From Eledone cirrhosa (Eukaryota), in contig OZ024741.1 in assembly GCA_964016885.1 (NCBI GenBank), positions 413,540,001 through 413,604,000 on the forward strand: DNA of 64,000 nt, read 5' to 3'. A program made the position numbers and the translations under genes. The notes under the pieces are model-generated. The model did not search any database, had not been told where the DNA came from, and saw only the letters and a program-made list of their open reading frames with translations. Every line of letters starts with the position of its first letter. The first letter of the stretch is position 1. Of the stretch, positions 57,001-64,000 are shown one piece after another.

Positions 57001-57613
57001 ATGTGGTTAAAATGTCTCAGGAAAGAATCTCCAAATTGAAAGATCACAGTTCTGATACAACAAACATGGGGTTAGAATGTCTCAGGAAAGAATCTCTGAA
57101 TTGAGAGATCACAGTTCTGATACTATGGACATGTGGTTAGAATGTCTCAGGAATTTTCCTCCAAATTGAGAGATCACAGCTCTGATATTACAGGTATGTG
57201 CTTAGAATGTCTCATGCAAGAATCACTGGATTGAGAGATCACAGCTCTGATACTACAGACATGTGGTTAGAATGTCTCTTGAAAGAATCACTGGATTGAG
57301 AGATCACAGCTCTGATACTACAGACATGTGGTTAGAATGTCGCAGGAATGAATCTCTGGATTGAGAGATCACAGCTCTGATACTTCAGACATGTGGTTAG
57401 AAAGTCTCAGGAAAGAATCCCTGAATTGAGAGATCACAGCTCTGATACTACAGACATGTGGTTAGAATGTCCCAGGAAAGAATCTCTGAATTGAGAGATC
57501 ACAGCTCTGGAATTACAGACATGAGGTTAGAATGTCTCAGGAAAGAATTTCTGGATTGAGAGATCACAGTTCTGATTCTATGGACATGTGGTTAGAATGT
57601 CTTAGGAAAGAAT
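51043..57613 (+). repeat. 3184-bp (49-monomer) near-identical tandem duplication
   Basis: Markers at +3184: TATATTACAGACATGGTGTTAGT 51271/54455, CTCTGATACATC 52371/55555, GGAATGAATC 54161/57345. Confidence 0.9.
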
Positions 57614-60600
57614 CTCCAAATTGAGAGATCACATCTCTTATATTACAGACATGGGGTTAGTATGACTTAGGAAAGAATCTCTGGATTGAGAGATCACAGT
57701 TCTGATACTATGGACATGTGGTTAGAATGTCTCAGGAAAGAATCTCCAAATTGAGAGATCACAGCACTGATACTACAGACATGTGGTTAGAATGTCTCAG
57801 GAAAGAATCTCTAAATTGAGAGATTACAGCTCTGATACTACAGACATGTAGTTACAATGTCTCAGGAAAGAATCTCTGAATTGAGAGATCACAGTTCTGA
57901 TACTATGGACATGTGGTTAGAATGTCTCAGGAAATTTTCTCAAAATTGAGAAATCACAGCTCTGATATTACAGGCATGTGGTTAGAATGTCTCATGCAAG
58001 AATCACTGGATTGAGAGATCACAGCTCTGATAATATGGACATGTGGTTAGAATGTCTCAGGAAAGAATCTCCAAATTGAGAGATCCCAGCTCTGATACTA
58101 CAGACATGTGGTTAGAATGTCTCAGGAAAGAATCTCCAAATTAAGAGATCACAGCTCTAATACAACAAACATGTGGTTAGAATGTCTCAGGAAAGAATCT
58201 CCAAATTGAGAGATCACAGCTCTGATACTACAGACATGTGGTTACAATGTCTCAGGAAAGAATCTCTGAATTGAGAGATCACAGTTCTGATACTATGGAC
58301 ATGTGGTTAGAATGTCTCAGGAAATTTTCTCAAAATTGAGAGATCACAGCTCTGATATTACAGGCATGTGGTTAGAATGTCTCATGCAAGAATCACTGGA
58401 TTGAGTGATCACAGCTCTGATACTATGGACATGTGGTTAGAATGTCTCAGGAAAGAATCACTGGATTGAGAGGTCACAGCTCTGATACTATGGAAATGTG
58501 GTTAGAATGTCTCATGCAAGAATCACTGGATTGAGTGATCACAGCTCTGATAATATGGACATGTGGTTAGAATGTCTCAGGAAAGAATCTCTAAATTGAG
58601 ATATCACAGCTCTGATACTACAGACATGTGGTTAGAATGTCTCAGGAAAGAATCTCTGAATTGAGAGATCACAGCTCTGATACTATGGACATGTGGTTAG
58701 AATGTCTCAGGAAAGAATCACTGGATTGAGAGGTCACAGCTCTAATACTATGGAAATGTGGTTAGAATGTCTCATGCAAGAATCACTGGATTGAGTGATC
58801 ACAGCTCTGATAATATGGACATGTGGTTAGAATGTCTCAGGAAAGAATCTCTAAATTGAGAGATCACAGCTCTGATACTACAGACATGTGTTTAGAATGT
58901 CTCAGGAAAGAATCTCTGAATTGAGAAATCACAGTTCTGATACTATGGACATGTGGTTAGAATGTCTCAGGAAATTTTCTCCAAATTGAGAGGTCACAGC
59001 TCTGATATTACAGGCATGTGGTTAGAATGTTTCATGCAAGAATCACTGGATTGAAAGATCACAGCTCTGATACTACAGACATGTGGTTAGAACGTCTCAT
59101 GAAAAAATCACTGGATTGAGAGATCACAGCTCTGACACGACAGACATATGGTTAGAATGTCTCAGGAAAGAATCTCTAAATTGAGAGATCACAGCTCTGA
59201 TATTACAGACATGTGGTTATAATGTCTCATGAAAGAATCACTGCATTGAGAGCTCACAGCTCTGATACTACACACATGTGGTTAGAATGTCTCAGGAAAG
59301 AATCTTGGATTGAGAGATCACAGCTCTGATACTTCAGACATGTGGTTAGAATGTCTCAGCAAAGAATCTCCAAATTGAGAGATCACAGCTCTGATATTAG
59401 AGGCATGTGGTTAGAATGTCTCATGAAAGAATCACGGAATTGAGAGATCACAGCTCTGATACTACAGACATGTGGTTAGAATGTCTCAGGAAAGAATCTC
59501 TGGATTGAGAGATCACAGCTCTGATACTTCAGACATGTGGTTAGAATGTCTCAGGAAAGAATCTCCAAATTGAGAGATCACAGCTCTGATACAACAAACA
59601 TGTGGTTATAATGTCTCAGGACAGAATATCTGGATTGAGAGATCACAGCTCCGATACTTCAGACATTTGGTTAGAATGTCTTAGGAAAGAATCTCTGAAT
59701 TGAGAGATCACAGTTCTGATACTATGGACATGTGGTTAGAATGTCTGAGGAAGGAATCTCCAAATTGAGAGCTCACACCTCTGATACTACAGACATGTGG
59801 TTAGAATGTCTCAGGAAAGAATCTCCAAGTTGAGAGATCACAGCTCTGATACTACAGACATGTGGTTAGAATGTCTCAGGAAAGAATCTCTGAATTGAGA
59901 AATCACAGTTCTGATACTATGGACATGTGGTTAGAATGTCTCAGGAAATTTTCTCCAAATTAAGAGATCACAGCTCTGATATTACAGGCATGTGGTTAGA
60001 ATGTCTCATGCAAGAATCACTGGATTGAGAGATCACAGCTCTGATAATACAGACATGTGGTTAGAATGTCTCATGAAAGAATCACTGGATTGAGAGATCA
60101 CAGCTCTGACACGACAGACATGTGGTTAGAATGTCGAAGGAAAGAATCTCTGGTTTGAGAGATCACAGCTCTGATACTTCAGACATGTGGTTAGAATGTC
60201 CCAGGAAAGAATCTCTGAATTGAGAAATCACAGCTCTGATACTACAGACATGTGGTTAGAATTTCCCAGGAAAGAATCTCTGAATTGAGAGATCACAGCT
60301 CTGGAATTACAGACATGGGGTTGGAATGTCTCAGGAAAGAATTTCTGGATTGAGAGATCACAGCTCTGATACTTCTGACATGTGGTTAGAATGTCTCAGG
60401 AAAGAATCTCCAAATTGAGAGATCACAGCTCTGATACTACAGACATGTGGTTAGAATGTCCCAGGAAAGAATCTCTGAATTGAGAGATCACAGCTCTGGA
60501 ATTACAGACATGTGGTTAGAACGTCTCAGGAAAGAATTTCTGGATTGAGAGATCACAGCTCTGATACTTTAGACATATGGTTAGAATGTCTTAGGAAAGA

Positions 60601-63600
60601 ATCTCTGAATTGAGAGATCACAGTTCTGATACTATGGACATATGGTTAGAATGTCTTAGGAAAGAATCTCCAAATTGAGAGATCACAGCTCTGATATTAC
60701 AGACATGGGGTTAGAATGTCTCAGGAAAGAATCTCTGGATTTAGAGATCACAGTTCTGATACTATGGACATGTGGTTAGAATGTCTCAGGAAAGAATCTC
60801 CAAATTGAGAGATCACAGCTCTGATACTACAGACATGTGGTTAAAATGTCTCAGGAAAGAATCTCCAAATTGAAAGATCACAGTTCTGATACAACAAACA
60901 TGGGGTTAGAATGTCTCAGGAAAGAATCTCTGAATTGAGAGATCACAGTTCTGATACTATGGACATGTGGTTAGAATGTCTCAGGAATTTTCCTCCAAAT
61001 TGAGAGATCACAGCTCTGACATTACAGGTATGTGCTTAGAATGTCTCATGCAAGAATCACTGGATTGAGAGATCACAGCTCTGATACTACAGACATGTGG
61101 TTAGAATGTCTCTTGAAAGAATCACTGGATTGAGAGATCACAGCTCTGATACTACAGACATGTGGTTAGAATGTCGCAGGAAAGAATCTCTGGATTGAGA
61201 GATCACAGCTCTGATACTTCAGACATGTGGTTAGAATGTCTCAGGAAAGAATCCCTGAATTGAGAGATCACAGCTCTGATACTACAGACATGTGGTTAGA
61301 ATGTCCCAGGAAAGAATCTCTGAATTGAGAGATCACAGCTCTGGAATTACAGACATGAGGTTAGAATGTCTCAGGAAAGAATTTCTGGATTGAGAGATCA
61401 CAGTTCTGATTCTATGGACATGTGGTTAGAATGTCTTAGGAAAGAATCTCCAAATTGAGAGATCACATCTCTTATATTACAGACATGGGGTTAGTATGTC
61501 TTAGGAAAGAATCTCTGGATTGAGAGATCACAGTTCTGATACTATGGACATGTGGTTAGAATGTCTCAGGAAAGAATCTCCAAATTGAGAGATCACAGCT
61601 CTGATACTACAGACATGTGGTTAGAATGTCTCAGGAAAGAATCTCCAAATTAAGAGATCACAGCTCTGATACAACAAACATGTGGTTAGAATGTCTCAGG
61701 AAAGAATCTCTAAATTGAGAGATCAGAGTTTTGATACTATGGACATGTGGTTAGAATGTCTCAGGAAATTTTCTCAAAATTGAGAAATCACAGCTCTGAT
61801 ATTACAGGCATGTGGTTAGAATGTCTCATGCAAGAATCACTGGATTGAGAGATCACAGCTCTGATAATATGGACATGTGGTTAGAATGTCTCAGGAAAGA
61901 ATATCTAAATTGAGAGATCACAGCTCTGATACTACAGACATGTGGTTAGAATGTCTCAGGAAAGAATCTCTGAATTGAGAGATCACAGCTCTGATACTAT
62001 GGACATGTGGTTAGAATGTCTCAGGAAAGAATCACTGGATTGAGAGGTCACAGCTCTGATACTATGGAAATGTGGTTAGAATGTCTCATGCAAGAAACAC
62101 TGGATTGAGTGATCACAGCTCTGATAATATGGACATGTGGTTATAATGTCTCATGAAAGAATCACTGCATTGAGAGCTCACAGCTCTGATACTACACACA
62201 TGTGGTTAGAATGTCTCAGGAAAGAATCTTGGATTGAGAGATCACAGCTCTGATACTTCAGACATGTGGTTAGAATGTCTCAGGAAAGAATCTCCAAATT
62301 GAGAGATCACAGCTCTGATATTAGAGGCATGTGGTTAGAATGTCTCATGAAAGAATCACGGAATTGAGAGATCACAGCTCTGATACTACAGACATGTGGT
62401 TAGAATGTCTCAGGAAAGAATCTCTGGATTGAGAGATCACAGCTCTGATACTTCAGACATGTGGTTAGAATGTCTCAGGAAAGAATCTCTGAATTGAGAG
62501 ATCACAGTTCTGATACAATGGACATGTGGTTAGAATGTCTTAGGAAAGAATCTCCAAATTGAGAGATCACAGATCTGATATTACAGACATGGCGTTAGAA
62601 TGTCTCAGGAAAGAATCTCTGGATTGAGAGATCACAGTTCTGATACTATGGACATGTGGTTAGAATGTCTCAGGAAATTTTCTCCAAATTGACAGATCAC
62701 AGCTCTGATATTACAGGCATGTGGTTAGAATCTGTCATGAAAGAATCACTGGATTGAGAGATCACAGCTCTGATACTACAGACATGTGGTTAGAATGTCT
62801 CAGGAAAGAATCTCCAAATTGAGAAATCACAGCTCTGATATTACAGACATGTGGTTATAATGTCTCATGAAAGAATCACTGGATTGAGAGATCACAGCTC
62901 TGATACTTCAGACATGTGGTTAGAATGTCTCAGGAAAGAATCTCCAAATTGAGAGATCACAGCTCTGATACTACAAACATGTGGTTAGAATGTCTCAGGA
63001 AAGAATCTCTGAATTGAGAGATCACAGTTCTGATACTGTGGACATGTGGTTAGAATGTCTGAGGAAGGAATCTCCAAATTGAGAGATCACAGCTCTGATA
63101 TTACAGGCATGTGGTTAGAATGTCTCATGCAAGAATCACTGGATTGAGAGATCACAGCTCTGATAATACAGACATGTGGTTAGAATGTCTCATGAAAGAA
63201 TCACTGGATTGAGAGATCACAGCTCTGACGCGACAGACATGTGGTTAGAATGTCGAAGGAAAGAATCTCTGGTTTGAGAGATCACAGCTCTGATACTTCA
63301 GACATGTGGTTAGAATGTCCCAGGAAAGAATCTCTGAATTGAAAAATCACAGCTCTGATACTACAGACATGTGGTTAGAATTTCCCAGGAAAGAATCTCT
63401 GAATTGAGAGATCACAGCTCTGGAATTACAGACATGTGGTTAGAATGTCTCAGGAAAGAATCTCCAAATTGAGAGATCACAGCTCTGATACTACAGACAT
63501 GTGGTTAGAATGTCCCAGGAAAGAATCTCTGAATTGAGAGATCACAGCTCTGGAATTACAGACATGTGGTTAGAATGTCTCAGGAAAGAATTTCTGGATT

Positions 63601-64000
63601 GAGAGATCACAGCTCTGATACTACAGACATGTGGTTAGAATGTCTCTTGAAAGAATCACTGGATTGAGAGATCACAGCTCTGATACTACAGACATGTGGT
63701 TAGAATGTCGCAGGAAAGAATCTCTGGATTGAGAGAGCACAGCTCTGATACTTCAGACATGTGGTTAGAATGTCTCAGGAAAGAATCTCTGAATTGAGAG
63801 ATCACAGTTCTGATACTATGGACATACGGTTAGAATGTCTTAGGAAAGAATCTCCAAATTGAGAGATCACAGCTCTGATATTACAGACATGGGGTTAGAA
63901 TGTCTCACGAAATAATCTCTGGATTTAGAGATCACAGTTCTGATACTTTGGACATGTGGTTAGAATGTCTCAGGAAAGAATCTCCAAATTGAGAGATCAC

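Larger units (their letters stand above)
2335..64000 (+). repeat. 65-bp tandem satellite array, about 950 monomers, head-to-tail, running off the right end of the window
   Basis: Period read directly: TGTCTCAGGA at 7561, 7626 and 7691. Single orientation throughout as far as I can see. Variation is concentrated in a few sub-blocks (CTCCAAA/CTCTGAA/CACTGGA/CTCTGGA and CTACAG/CTATGG/TTACAG/CTTCAG). Confidence 0.99.

Noticed and set aside
2335-64000. CRISPR array (constant blocks alternating with variable blocks)
   Set aside because: The variable parts are only a few-base alleles reused hundreds of times, not unique spacers. There are no cas genes and the context is eukaryotic.

Overview
Eukaryotic, non-genic DNA covering the left edge of a large tandem satellite array. 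The microsatellite and SINE style suggests an animal, possibly a cephalopod such as Octopus, but that is my inference only. Bases 1-2334 are an AT-rich flank holding a degenerate minimal hammerhead-ribozyme motif (595-649), (CT)/(TA)/(GA)/(CA) microsatellites, a tRNA-derived SINE head (1109-1221), and a decayed, 5'-truncated non-LTR retrotransposon (1454-2252). That element retains an RT C-terminus and a CCHC finger and lies between two long imperfect direct repeats. From about 2335 to the window end is an uninterrupted head-to-tail array of roughly 950 copies of a 65-bp monomer, consensus GAGAGATCACAGCTCTGATACTACAGACATGTGGTTAGAATGTCTCAGGAAAGAATCTCTGGATT. The array is built from nested multi-monomer duplications (13, 23, 36, 49, ~103 and 125 monomers) with region-specific variant layers. 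The monomer contains three dyad symmetries and partly aligns to the nearby SINE's A/B-box head. One 52-nt G-rich patch (13289-13340) replaces part of a monomer and is probably a sequencing artefact. No intact protein-coding gene, CRISPR array or prokaryotic system is supported.
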